A stretch of DNA of 64,000 nt from an uncultured Acidobacteriota bacterium (GCA_963755195.1 CAVWIZ010000001.1:969352-1033351); one strand, 5' to 3'; positions 31,675 through 43,841 are shown, counted from the stretch's first letter. Numbers and translations: made by a program. Notes: generated by a model not told the origin, from the sequence alone.

Positions 31675-32640
31675 ATGAAGCGGGCCTCGGCGCTCTACCG
31701 GCTGCTCGGCGACGAAGCGCGGTTGCGGCTGCTGCGTCTGCTCGCCCGCGAGCGTCTGAATGTCACCGAGCTGACGGGCATCATGGGTCTCGCGCAATCC
31801 GGTGTCTCCCGCCATCTCGGTCTCCTCAAAGATGCCGGGCTCGTCGTCGAAGAGAAGGATGCCGGGTTCACCTATTACCGCGCCGCGCCGCCGGACCCGT
31901 CCGACGCGGGCTTGTGGCCCATGCTCGACGCGCAGTTTCAAGCGGCCGATGCAGACACCACGGTGCGGGCTGACGCCGCGCGGCTGCAGGAAGTGTTGCG
32001 ACTTCGCCAGGAGAACTTCGAGACGCGCAGCAAAGCCAATCGGCAGGCGTGGCGGCAACTGGTGCCCGGCAGGAGCTGGGCCGCCTGGTCGCGCGCGCTC
32101 GGACTGTTGTTGCCGCCGCTCAAGGTCGCCGATCTTGGCTGCGGCGAAGGATATCTGACGATTGAAGCCGCGCGCTGGGCGTCACGCGTGATCGCCGTCG
32201 ATCGCTCCGAAGTCGTGCTCCAGCGGGCCCGCGTCGTGCGCAGCGCCGTCGTGTCTCGAACGTCATCTGGAAGAAGGGCGAGCTCGAAAAGCTGCCCATG
32301 CGCGATGCGACCGTCGACGTCGCACTCCTGTCGCAGGCGCTCCATCACGCCGGGCAGCCGGCCCTTGCGGTCGCGGAAGCCGCCCGCGTGACCGTGCCGG
32401 GCGGCCGCGTGCTGATCCTCAATCTCCGGACGCACGCCGAAGAGTGGGTGCGGGCCAAACTCGGCGACCGCGTGCTCGGATTTCGCGATCACGAATTGAA
32501 GCGCATGCTCGGCGCCGCCGGCCTGCGCGACATCAAGGTCGACGTCGGGGCTCGTAAAGACCGGCGACCCCTTCACGGTGCTGGTGGCCAGCGGGACCAA
32601 ACCCGGACCGCCGACCGCCGACAGAACATCGAGAAGATAG
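31675..32640 (+). CDS. Second ArsR-methyltransferase fusion; two apparent frameshifts (~32240, ~32557)
   Basis: QSGVSRHLGLL and DLGCGEG, then NVIWKKGELEKLP and LSQALHHA, then GDPFTVLVASG in successive frames. Confidence 0.7.
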
Positions 32641-32944
32641 CCTCCCGCCGAACCGCTCCACTGCACGGTTCTGCGCATCCTGATGCCAATGTCCATTGTG
32701 TAAGTTAAGACACTAGGGACATCTGATGTGTCTGTTGTCATGTATTTATATGACAGTAGAGAGCTCAGAATGCTATTGAGTGCTCTCTTTTGGGAACCGT
32801 GGTCCATATATGAACATATGGCCATTAAGTGTCTATTTAGCATGATATTATCGCCGTTATCGCGAGCAATTGTTGCTGTGACGTTCACAAACGGAGCATG
32901 GCCTGACGGTTGCGTGATCCAGTCGACTTCCTGGATGATATCTG

Positions 32945-33012
32945 TAAATAGCTGATTAAATAGAACGTTATCGAAAAGTAGCCGAGAACAGAGGGGTGGC
33001 CGTCATATTGCT
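32945..33012 (+). promoter_or_regulatory. Putative sigma54 promoter with IHF-like site
   Basis: TGGCCG-TCATA-TTGCT (GG-N10-GC) at 32997-33012. Minus-strand AATCAGCTATTTA at 32945-32957 fits WATCAR-N4-TTR. AT-rich upstream tract. Confidence 0.55.
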
Positions 33013-33027
33013 CCCATGTATCTCGAC

Positions 33028-35365
33028 ATGACTTTATACGCGTTAGCTATCGCCGCCAACTCCAGAAGCAAGGCTGTCTGGAGCTCCAAGCGGATTCTTT
33101 CCACGGTACTCATTCTGACGTTCGCGTTTGCGTCAAGCGCGATGGCGGCGGGGCCTCGCAGCCGCGGCGGGCGTGTGCATCGGGTCGCCCCGAACAAAGT
33201 GCGCCCGGGCCGGCCGAATGCCTTCGTCCAGCCCTACAAGATGGATTCGCAGGTGACGTACCTTCTCGAGGATCGGGATCAAGAAAGATAAGACCAGCGT
33301 GATTGTGGAGCTGAAGGCGGGGGCCGAGGTGCCGTCGGAGTTCAGGTCGTTCGTGCGGCGGAACGGCGCGCTCCGCCTGATCCACGGCGTGGTGCTCGAC
33401 CTGCCGAACGACAAGATCGACAACATGGCCAAGCACAAGGACGTCTTCCGCGTCCACTACAACCGGCCCTTCTCGACCGAAAACTATCGGACGGCGCTGA
33501 CGTCGGGCACGCGCGTCGTGCAGCAGACGCTGGGGCTGACGGGCGCGGGCATCGGCGTCGCGGTGCTCGACTCCGGCATCACGAACTGGCACAACGACCT
33601 GACCAATCACGGGACGGGCACGTATCCCTACGGCAATCAGCGCGTCAGCGCGTTTGTGGACTTCGTCAACGGGCAGCTGAGCCCCTACGACGACCTGGGC
33701 CACGGCTCGCACGTGGCGGGGATCATCGCCGGCAACGGCGCGGATTCGAACGGCCAGAAAGCCGGCAGCGCGCCGGACGCGTCCCTGGTGGTCTTGAAAG
33801 TGCTGGACGCGCAGGGCGGCGGCACCATCGCCACCCTCATTCAGGCGCTCGACTGGGTGCTCCTCCACCACACGGAATACAACATCCGCGTCGTGAACAT
33901 GTCGGTCGGCGCGCAGATTCATGAATCGTACTGGACCGACCCGCTGACGCTGGCCACCAAGCGCGTGGTCGATGCGGGCGTGGTCGTCGTGGCCGCGGCC
34001 GGCAACTGGGGCAAACACCAGGACGGGACGCCCGTCTGGGGCGGCATCGCCGCGCCGGGCAACGCCCCGTGGGTCCTCACGGTCGGCGCCTCGAGCACCA
34101 ACGGCACCCCGACCCGCAGCGACGACACGCACGCGAGCTTCAGCTCGCGCGGGCCGACCTACCTCGACTGGGCCGCCAAGCCCGACCTGCTGGCGCCGGG
34201 CGCCGGCTCGGTCTCGCTGTCGGTGCCGGGCAGCACCTTCTACACGACGCGCGCCTCGTCGCTTCTGCCGGGCGCGGACACGAGCACCGGCGCGCTGCCG
34301 TACCTCTCCTTGAGCGGCACGAGCATGGCGACGCCGGTCGTCGCGGGCGTGGTCGCGCAGATGCTGCAGGCGAATCCGTCGCTGACACCGAACGCGGTGA
34401 AAGCGCTGCTGCAGTACACGGCGCAGGTCTACCCGGGGATTCGGCCGCTCGAACAGGGCGCGGGCTTCCTCAACGCGGTGGGCGCGGTGCGCCTGGCGCG
34501 CTTCTTCGCGACGGCGCAGCCGGGGCAGACGGTGCCCACGCAGAAGATGTGGAGCAAGCACATCATCTGGGGGAACCACCAGCTGCACGGCGGCCTGATC
34601 AACCCGGCCGCGAACGCGTTCCAGGTCGGCACGACGTGGGGCGTCGCCAAAACGGACGCCAACGACAACATCGTCTGGGGCACGGACTGCGGCGTCGACG
34701 GCTGCGACAACATCGTCTGGGGCACCGACGATCCCAACGACAACATCGTCTGGGGCACCTCCGATGACAACGACAACATCGTGTGGGGCACCGACGATGG
34801 CAACGACAACATCGTGTGGGGCACGGACTGCGGCGGCGGCGACTGCGACAACATCGTGTGGGGCACCGACGATAGCGACAACATCGTCTGGGGCACGGCC
34901 GACGCCAACGACAACATCGTGTGGGGCACGGCGGGGCTCAACGTCGACGACATCGTGTGGGGCACCGACGACGCCAGCGACAACATCGTGTGGGGCACCG
35001 ACGATAACGACAACATCGTGTGGGGCACCGACGACAGCGACAACATCGTGTGGGGCACCGACGACAACGACAACATCGTCTGGGGCACCGCCGATGACAG
35101 CGACAACATCGTGTGGGGCACCGACGACAGCAACGACAACATCGTGTGGGGCACCGATGACAACGACAACATCGTGTGGGGCACCGACGACAACGACAAC
35201 ATCGTGTGGGGCACCGCCGGCTCGCTCGTGCACGTCTGGGAAGCGTCGCCCGACGGGACGATTACCCCGCTCAACGGACCGACCGTGTTCGACAAATTCA
35301 CGGACAAGAAGCTCCTGCGTCTGACCCAATCGGTCCACGTGACGCCGCCGCCGTCTGGTAACTAA
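33028..35365 (+). CDS. Secreted S8 (subtilisin-like) peptidase with C-terminal D(N/D)IVWGT repeats; apparent frameshift near 33262
   Basis: Signal peptide ...ILSTVLILTFAFASSAMA in the short ORF 33016-33291. Catalytic VLDSG, HGSHVAG, AAGN and SGTSMATP in 33299-35365. Confidence 0.88.
34664..35215 (+). repeat. 17 coding repeats GAC(A/G)ACATCGT(G/C)TGGGGCAC with 9-21 nt in-frame spacers
   Basis: Counted in the translation: 16 DNIVWGT plus 1 DDIVWGT. Confidence 0.97.
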
Positions 35366-35388
35366 CCCCGGGCTAACAAGGGTCCATC

Positions 35389-36054
35389 ATGGAAAAGATG
35401 CCTTACAGCCCGGAACTGGACACGCAAGTGCTTCCAGTGCCAGACGGGCCGGTGACTAGCAGCGACTGGAGAAACGGTCTTCCGGTGCTGACCAGTGGTT
35501 GGGTCACACTGCGGGAACTGCGCGCCTCCGACGCCGCTTCGCTCTTCGCGCTGTTGACGACCGAGGAAGTCGCCCGATTCATTTCGCCGCCACCGTCCAC
35601 CGTCGAGGGATTCGAGAAGTTCATCGCGTGGACGCACCGGCAGCGCACCGCCGGCAGCTACGCCTGCTTCGCGGTGACGCTCAAGGGGTTCGACACGGCG
35701 GTCGGGATCTTCCAGATCCGCGGAGGCCACGCCGGACTCGAAACGGCCGAATGGGGCTTCGCGATCGGCTCGGCGTTCTGGGGCACCGGGGTGTTTCAGG
35801 CAGGCGCCGAGATGCTAATCGAGTTCGCCTTCGACACGCTCCACGTTCGTCGCCTCGAGGCCCGCGCCGCCGTGCAGAACGGCCGGGGCAACGGCGCGCT
35901 GAAGAAGGTGGGCGCCGTGCAGGAAGCCATCCTCCGGAGGTCGTTCGTCAAGAACGGCCGGATCTTCGACCAGGTCCTCTTTGCGATTCTCGAGAATGAC
36001 TGGCGGGCTGGACGTGAAGCCACACCGCTGAGGCATCACGAGCTCGTGCACTAA
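35389..36054 (+). CDS. GNAT N-acetyltransferase (RimJ/RimL-like)
   Basis: VTLREL, AEWGFAIG..FWGTG, RLEARAAVQN, KVGAVQE..LR. Confidence 0.88.
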   Translation: MEKMPYSPELDTQVLPVPDGPVTSSDWRNGLPVLTSGWVTLRELRASDAASLFALLTTEEVARFISPPPSTVEGFEKFIAWTHRQRTAGSYACFAVTLKGFDTAVGIFQIRGGHAGLETAEWGFAIGSAFWGTGVFQAGAEMLIEFAFDTLHVRRLEARAAVQNGRGNGALKKVGAVQEAILRRSFVKNGRIFDQVLFAILENDWRAGREATPLRHHELVH

Positions 36055-36083
36055 ACAATCGTTCACACCAACGGCGCCCGTCC

Positions 36084-36117
36084 GGGCCGGCCACAATCAC
36101 ATGGCCGGCCCTTTTTT
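36084..36117 (+). terminator. Rho-independent terminator after the S8-GNAT unit
   Basis: GGGCCGGCCA-loop-TGGCCGGCCC followed by TTTTTT. Confidence 0.85.
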
Positions 36118-36974
36118 CATGCAGTGGGCGGCGTGACTTCAACCGGCCGCGATGGTTCGCTCGACCACTCGCTCCATGAGCCCGCGTAGAGTCTGGCGCC
36201 GCGGAGGCCTGCGTGCTCGAGCGCGAGCAGGTTGTGGCAGGCCGTGACGCCTGAGCCACAGTAGGCAACAACCTGGTCCGCCGGCGCACCGTCGAAGGTT
36301 GCGGCGAACTTCTCGCGTAGCTCGCCGGCCGAACGAAACCCGCCCCGATCGTCGAGATTCTGCATGAAGAAGTGGTTGACGGCGCCTGGAATGTGTCCGG
36401 CGACTTTGTCGATCGGTTCGACTGCGCCTGTATAACGTTCGGGCGCCCGCGCGTCGACAAGACGCGCGCTCTTGTCGGCAACGAGCCGTGCCATCTCCCC
36501 CACATCAACGGCCATGCCTCCCAGGGGCAATCCACTGAAGACCTGTGGCGCGCGTGCCTCTGCTCCGGCCGACGTTGGACGCTGCTCGGTCAGCCACCTC
36601 GCGAACCCGCCGTCGAGCACCGCGACGCTGTCATGTCCCATCCATCGAAGCAGCCACCACAGACGGCTCGCAAACATGCCGCCGTCCTGGTCGTAGGCGA
36701 CCACCTGCACACCCTTGGCGATGCCGAACCGTCCGAGCGTGTCCGCCAATGTCTCCGGGGTGGGCAACGGGTGGCGGCCGTTGCGACCGGACAGTTCGCC
36801 GGAGAGATCCTTTGCGAGGTGCGCGTACACGGCGCCAGGGATGTGTCGCGACAGATACTCGCGTTCTCCCCATGCCTCGTCGTTCAGCGCGAAGCGGCAG
36901 TCGACGACGGCCCAGGCCTGATCTGACAGGTGGTTCGCGAGCGAGCTGGTGTCGACGAGCGTGGTGAACGCCAT
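36117..36974 (-). CDS. sseA: Sulfurtransferase (3-mercaptopyruvate sulfurtransferase/rhodanese)
   Basis: HIPGA twice, GRHPLP, RLWW, YCGSGVTA, YAGSWSEW. Confidence 0.9.
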   Translation of the reverse strand: MAFTTLVDTSSLANHLSDQAWAVVDCRFALNDEAWGEREYLSRHIPGAVYAHLAKDLSGELSGRNGRHPLPTPETLADTLGRFGIAKGVQVVAYDQDGGMFASRLWWLLRWMGHDSVAVLDGGFARWLTEQRPTSAGAEARAPQVFSGLPLGGMAVDVGEMARLVADKSARLVDARAPERYTGAVEPIDKVAGHIPGAVNHFFMQNLDDRGGFRSAGELREKFAATFDGAPADQVVAYCGSGVTACHNLLALEHAGLRGARLYAGSWSEWSSEPSRPVEVTPPTA

Positions 36975-36987
36975 TGGGTTGGCCTTA

Positions 36988-37106
36988 GAGCGCGTTGCGA
37001 AATTGGCTCGTGTCAGGGCTGAGGGCTCAGTGCTGAGGGTTTTCCCGCCTACTCTGCCCTTAGCCCTGAGCCTTCAGCCCTACGCGCGTCATTTTGCAAT
37101 GCACTC
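36988..37106. mobile_element. 119-bp MITE-like element
   Basis: TIRs GAGCGCGTTGCGAAAT / ATTTTGCAATGCACTC (13/16), flanking TTA direct repeats, internal heptamer hairpin. Confidence 0.7.
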
Positions 37107-37181
37107 TTAGATTAGGATACTGCCGGATTAAGTAGCTGCCTACGAACCGGATACCCTGATCAGACGTCTAAATCCGGGACC

Positions 37182-39713
37182 ATGCGCCTGTCCGCCTTGC
37201 TCGTCGCTGCGCTCCTTTGTGCTCCCCCTGTGTGGGCGGCCGACGCCGCCAGGATCGACGCGACGCTCATCATCAGCTCCGACACCGGTCGGACCCCGAA
37301 CCAGGCCGTCTGGCGGACGATTCCAACCGTGGGCGGGTTCGTGCAGCGCGAGCCGCACGAAGGCGCCGAACCGAGTCAGGCGACGGAATTCAGCGTGGCG
37401 TTCGACGACACGATGCTGTACGTCAACGTGCATGCGTACGATCGCGAGCCCGACAAAATCGTCACCTATCTCACGCGTCGAGACGATGATTCACCCTGCG
37501 ACTGGATTCGCATATTCATCGATTCCTATCACGATCGCAAGACCGCGTACGAATTCGCGGTCAACCCGGACGGCGTCAAGCAGGATCGCTACTGGTTCAA
37601 CGACACGAACAACGACAAAAGCTGGGACGCCGTCTGGGATGTGACTGTCGCACGCGACCAGTCTGGCTGGTCCGCGCAGTTCCGCATTCCGTTTTCGCAG
37701 CTCCGATTCACAAAGGCGGCCGCGAACACGTTTGGCTTTGCCGTCGCGCGTGAAATCAGCCGGCTGAAGGAAACCACGACCTGGCCGCTGCTCGCTCGCA
37801 GCGCGCCTGGCTATGTCTCGTCGTTCGGTGAGGTCGCCGGACTGTCAACGACGGCCGCATCCAAACGGCTGGAAGTGACGCCGTATGCGGTCGCCAACCT
37901 CACCAGACAACCGACCGGCGGCAACCCGCTTCTGAGCGCCTCGGCGCCGGGCGGCGAACTCGGCGTGGACGTCAAGTATGCGCTGACGCCGGGGTTGACG
38001 CTGACCGCCACGGTGAATCCCGACTTCGGCCAGGTGGAGGCCGATCCGGCCGTTGTCAACCTCTCGGCCTTCGAAACCTTCTTTTCGGAGCAGCGGCCGT
38101 TTTTTGTCGAGGGCTCGGGCAACTTCCGCTTCGACGCCGACTGCTACGACGGCTGCAACAACCTGTTCTATTCGAGGCGGATCGGCCGTGCCCCGCAGGC
38201 GATCGTCAACCTGCCGTACGGCGACGCCATCTACACGGATTCGCCGGCCCAGACGGCCATCCTTGGGGCGGCCAAGGTGACGGGACGGGTGGGGCGCTAC
38301 GCCATCGGCGTGATGAACGCCGTCACGCGGGACGAGTTCGCCCGCGTGCTCATTGGATCGACCCCGTCGCGCCAGGCCGTTGAGCCCGCGTCGAACTACT
38401 TGGTGTCCCGCGTTCGGCGCGAGTTTGCGAACCAGTCGTACGTCGGCTTCATGGCGACGGCGGTCAACCGGGGGCAGAACGATGCGGCGAACATCCTGCC
38501 GGAAAGCGCTTATGTGGGTGGCATGGACTTCGACTGGCGTTTCCGAAAACGCTACAGCGTCAACGGTTTTTGGGAGGCCAGCCGTGTGAGCGGCCACGCA
38601 AGCGCGATCGAGAACGTTCAGAAGAGCAGCCGCCACAACTTTCAGCGACCCGATCTGACGAGCACGCAGCTGGATCCGACGCGCACGTCGCTCGCGGGCG
38701 GAGCCGGCGCCATCAGCGTCAGCAAGATCGGCGGCGAGTACGTCCGCTTCAACTCGAATTTCTACTTCCGGTCTCCGGGATTCGAAACCAACGACCTCGG
38801 ATTCCTGAGGCGCGCCGATCAGCGGCAGATGAGCAACTGGATTCAGTTTCGCAACGATCGGCCGTCGCGCTGGTTCCGCAACCGGGCCATCAACTTCAAT
38901 CAATGGGCGGGCTGGAATTTCGACGGCGACCGGCTCGGCAGCGGAGGCAACGTCAACGGCAACGTCACGTTCATCAACAACTGGCAGGCCGGCGGCGGCT
39001 TCGGCCCCCAGTTGGCGGGGCTCGACGATCGCGTGGCGCGAGGCGGTCCGGGCGTTCGCACCAACACCAACCGCGAGCAGTGGTTCTGGTTCTACTCCGA
39101 CAATCGCCGCCGGGTTTCGGCCGGCCTCGAAGGAGATGTCGGCGGTGACGGCCAGGGTTCATCGTGGCAGCAATTCGACCCCTCCGTCACGGTTCGTCCG
39201 ACGCCGGCGATCATGTTTTCGGTGGGTCCGCGCATCAACCGAAACGTCGCCGATGCACAGTGGGTCACCAACCTGACGGGAGAGCCGACACACTATGTGT
39301 TCGCGCACCTCGATCAGACGACTGTCTCGATGACGGCACGATTCAACTACACGATGACCCCCAACCTGTCGCTCCAGCTCTACGCGCAGCCGTTCGTTTC
39401 AGCCGGGGAGTACAACGCATTCAAGGAGATTGCCGACCCGCGCAACCCCGATTACAACCTGCGGTACGCACCGTTTGACTACGCGTACGACGCGTACGGC
39501 AACCCGGATTTCAACGTCAAGTCATTCAGGACGACCAACGTGCTGCGGTGGGAATACAAACCCGGATCGACGCTGTTCGTCGTCTGGCAGCAGGCGCGCT
39601 CGAATTACGCCGTGCCGGGCGGCTTCGAGATCGGCCGCGACGCTCGCGCGATTTTCGGCGTGCCCCCGCACAACGTCTTCCTCGTCAAAATCTCCTACTG
39701 GCTGAACTACTAG
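37182..39713 (+). CDS. CBM9-like/DUF5916-family outer-membrane protein
   Basis: Signal peptide, WDAVW, WSAQFRIPFSQLRF, TVNPDFGQVEAD, E.RPFF.EG, LFYSRRIG, C-terminal KISYW. Confidence 0.85.
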   Translation: MRLSALLVAALLCAPPVWAADAARIDATLIISSDTGRTPNQAVWRTIPTVGGFVQREPHEGAEPSQATEFSVAFDDTMLYVNVHAYDREPDKIVTYLTRRDDDSPCDWIRIFIDSYHDRKTAYEFAVNPDGVKQDRYWFNDTNNDKSWDAVWDVTVARDQSGWSAQFRIPFSQLRFTKAAANTFGFAVAREISRLKETTTWPLLARSAPGYVSSFGEVAGLSTTAASKRLEVTPYAVANLTRQPTGGNPLLSASAPGGELGVDVKYALTPGLTLTATVNPDFGQVEADPAVVNLSAFETFFSEQRPFFVEGSGNFRFDADCYDGCNNLFYSRRIGRAPQAIVNLPYGDAIYTDSPAQTAILGAAKVTGRVGRYAIGVMNAVTRDEFARVLIGSTPSRQAVEPASNYLVSRVRREFANQSYVGFMATAVNRGQNDAANILPESAYVGGMDFDWRFRKRYSVNGFWEASRVSGHASAIENVQKSSRHNFQRPDLTSTQLDPTRTSLAGGAGAISVSKIGGEYVRFNSNFYFRSPGFETNDLGFLRRADQRQMSNWIQFRNDRPSRWFRNRAINFNQWAGWNFDGDRLGSGGNVNGNVTFINNWQAGGGFGPQLAGLDDRVARGGPGVRTNTNREQWFWFYSDNRRRVSAGLEGDVGGDGQGSSWQQFDPSVTVRPTPAIMFSVGPRINRNVADAQWVTNLTGEPTHYVFAHLDQTTVSMTARFNYTMTPNLSLQLYAQPFVSAGEYNAFKEIADPRNPDYNLRYAPFDYAYDAYGNPDFNVKSFRTTNVLRWEYKPGSTLFVVWQQARSNYAVPGGFEIGRDARAIFGVPPHNVFLVKISYWLNY

Positions 39714-39869
39714 GGCGCCAACGGTCGTCGCGCCCGGTGCACGGAGGGGGTGACCACCGGCCGCGGGCCTCGGCATGAGCCCACCGCCCCGACAAGGGCG
39801 GCGCCACGCGCCCGGGGCCGCCGAATCGGTGTAATCAGGCTGGTTCTTATAGAATGTTGGCCTGCCCCG

Positions 39870-41593
<1,724 letters not shown>

Positions 41594-41594
<1 letters not shown>

Positions 41595-42190
41595 TGGAAT
41601 ATCACATCACGCAGTACGACCTCGAGCAGGGCGCGCTCGAAATCCAGTACATCGAAGAGTATTTCGGGGAGTTTCCCCGCAAGAAGACCGCCGCGGAAAT
41701 CGTCCGGAGGCTGACCGGCCGCCCTCATCTCATCCTGCTCGCGAATGCGCCGCTCGCCGACGACTCCGGCACCGTCGCGCCCGTCTCGTTCAAGGTGGCG
41801 CACGAGATCTGCTCGCCGGAGTCGGAGCCGAAATTGAACGATCTCGTCAATCGCCTGCGCGATCACGTGCGGTTCGAAGGGCGGAAAGTGCTCTACACGT
41901 GGATTGGCGGGACCCGTCGCGACTGGCGCGGCCAGGGCCATTTCCGCGCGCTCACCGAGCAGCAGGAAGTGTGGGCGGTCGAACAGGGCTTCGACGAGAT
42001 CGTCGTCAAGACGAAGAACAAGTTCTACGACATGCGGGGCACCCTCGATCACCTGCGATTCGAGGTGGTGAAATACGAGCGCCACTTCAGCGACAACGCT
42101 GAATCGAAGGTGTATCTCAGCAAGAAGCTGCACGCCGAGGTGCTCGACGCCCACCGCAGCGCCAAGACGGTCGTCCAGGCGACGATCTAA
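41594..42190 (+). CDS. GNAT-like hypothetical protein coupled to glnS
   Basis: TGATG overlap, YTWIGGTRRDWRGQG acetyl-CoA-binding-like motif. Confidence 0.7.
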
Positions 42191-42196
42191 CCGAGC

Positions 42197-42961
42197 ATGA
42201 TCGAGACGGACCGTGTCCTCGCGACGAATCGCGCTGGCTGGAATCATGTCGCGCCGATGTTCCACGGAGGTACGGCGCTGCCAGAGTATGGGCCGCTGGC
42301 GCCGACCGAGGACGAGCTCAGACTCCTCGATGCCAAGCCCGGCCTGCGCGCGCTGGAGTTGGGATGCGGGAGCGGGCACTCGCTTCGCTACCTCGCCGAG
42401 CGCGGCGCGAGTGAACTCTGGGGCATCGACCTGTCTCCGGTACAGATTGCTTTTGCGGAAGAGACGCTCCGCCCGTTTGCGCCGCGGGTTCGGCTCATCG
42501 AGTCTCCGATGGAGATCGATCCGGGAGTCCCGTCGGATCACTTTGATCTCGTGCTCTCCATCTATGGACTGGGATGGACGACAGACCTGCCCGGTACGCT
42601 GGCGCTCGTCGCCCGCTACCTGCGACCAGGCGGGTGTTTCCTCGTCAGCGGGGAGCACCCGGTGTACGGGTGCCTCGAGTGGAATGGAACACAGTACGCC
42701 TTCGCGGAGCCCTACTGCACGGAAGGTCCTCGCGAACACAAGTCGTGGAAGGGTGTGCCGATCGTCATCCAACGACAAACACTCGGCGCCTTCGTCGGAC
42801 AGGTCATTCAGGCGGGCCTGCAGATCGAGGCATTGGTGGAGACGCCCCTCAATGAGGCCGCGGTGAAGGAGGCACACGTCGATCCGGCGCGCTGGTATTC
42901 AGCGGCTCGGGCGAAGGTGATGCCGACCACGTTCATCATCAAGGCGCGGAAACCGGCTTAG
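42197..42961 (+). CDS. Class I SAM-dependent methyltransferase
   Basis: LELGCGSG, GIDLS, FDLV.S, LRPGG. Confidence 0.9.
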   Translation: MIETDRVLATNRAGWNHVAPMFHGGTALPEYGPLAPTEDELRLLDAKPGLRALELGCGSGHSLRYLAERGASELWGIDLSPVQIAFAEETLRPFAPRVRLIESPMEIDPGVPSDHFDLVLSIYGLGWTTDLPGTLALVARYLRPGGCFLVSGEHPVYGCLEWNGTQYAFAEPYCTEGPREHKSWKGVPIVIQRQTLGAFVGQVIQAGLQIEALVETPLNEAAVKEAHVDPARWYSAARAKVMPTTFIIKARKPA

Positions 42962-43042
42962 GCTCCCGCTCCGCAAGCGGCTTCATGACGCAGCGGACAG
43001 GACCCGGCTCTGTCATGAAACCACTCAGGAGATAATGAGGCC

Positions 43043-43801
43043 GTGCGTCGATGGTTGCACCTGACCGTCGCCCTTCTCTTCGTCGCCGCGGCGACGGTCG
43101 CCGCCCAGCAGTTTCGCGTACCGGACCGGCCTCGCGGGACCGATCTCACCTACGACGGCCGGTTCACGTTTGTGCGGCTGCGCTGGAAGTCCGACTTCGG
43201 CTTTGCGCGCCGTGGCTTCAGCACCGCGTGGGATCACGACTACCCGCGCGCTGAGCAACACCTGTCGCTCATTCTCGACGAGCTCACCGGACTCGATATC
43301 CGCCTCGACGGCAGCCTGATTCTCACGCTCGACGATCCCGAACTGTTCAAGTACCCGATCGCCTTCATGTGGGAGCCCGGCTTCTGGAATCTCACCGATG
43401 GCGAGGCGGAGTCGTTTCGCGCCTACCTGCTGAAGGGCGGCTTCGCGGTGTTCGAGGACTTCGACGGCGCGCAGCAATGGGATAACTTCGCATCCCAGAT
43501 GCGCCGGGTGCTGCCTGACGGCCGCTTCGTCAAGCTCGACAACACCCATCGCATCTTCGACACGTTCTTCAAGATCGATGACATCGACGCGATTGTGCAT
43601 CCGATGACACGCATTCGCCCGAGCTACCTCGGGATCTTCGAGGACAACGATCCGTCGAAGCGACTGATGGTCGTGGCGAATTTCGACAACGACGTCCCTG
43701 AGTATTGGGAGTGGTCGGGGCAGGGACTCTTCCCGTTCGACGCGTCGAATGAAGCGTATAAGTTGGGCGTCAACTACATGCTCTACGGGTTGACCCACTA
43801 G
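43043..43801 (+). CDS. DUF4159-like exported protein
   Basis: FTFVRLR, W.HDYP, DDPELFKYP, YLLKGGF..FEDF, LGVNY..Y.LTH. Confidence 0.8.
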   Translation: MRRWLHLTVALLFVAAATVAAQQFRVPDRPRGTDLTYDGRFTFVRLRWKSDFGFARRGFSTAWDHDYPRAEQHLSLILDELTGLDIRLDGSLILTLDDPELFKYPIAFMWEPGFWNLTDGEAESFRAYLLKGGFAVFEDFDGAQQWDNFASQMRRVLPDGRFVKLDNTHRIFDTFFKIDDIDAIVHPMTRIRPSYLGIFEDNDPSKRLMVVANFDNDVPEYWEWSGQGLFPFDASNEAYKLGVNYMLYGLTH

Positions 43802-43841
43802 ATTCGGGCCACGAGCCACGAGCTATACGTCCAGTTCGTAG

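Noticed and set aside
34664-35215. CRISPR-like repeat-spacer array
   Set aside because: Repeats vary at synonymous positions, spacers are only 9-21 nt and always multiples of 3, the array is in frame within the protease, and there are no cas genes.
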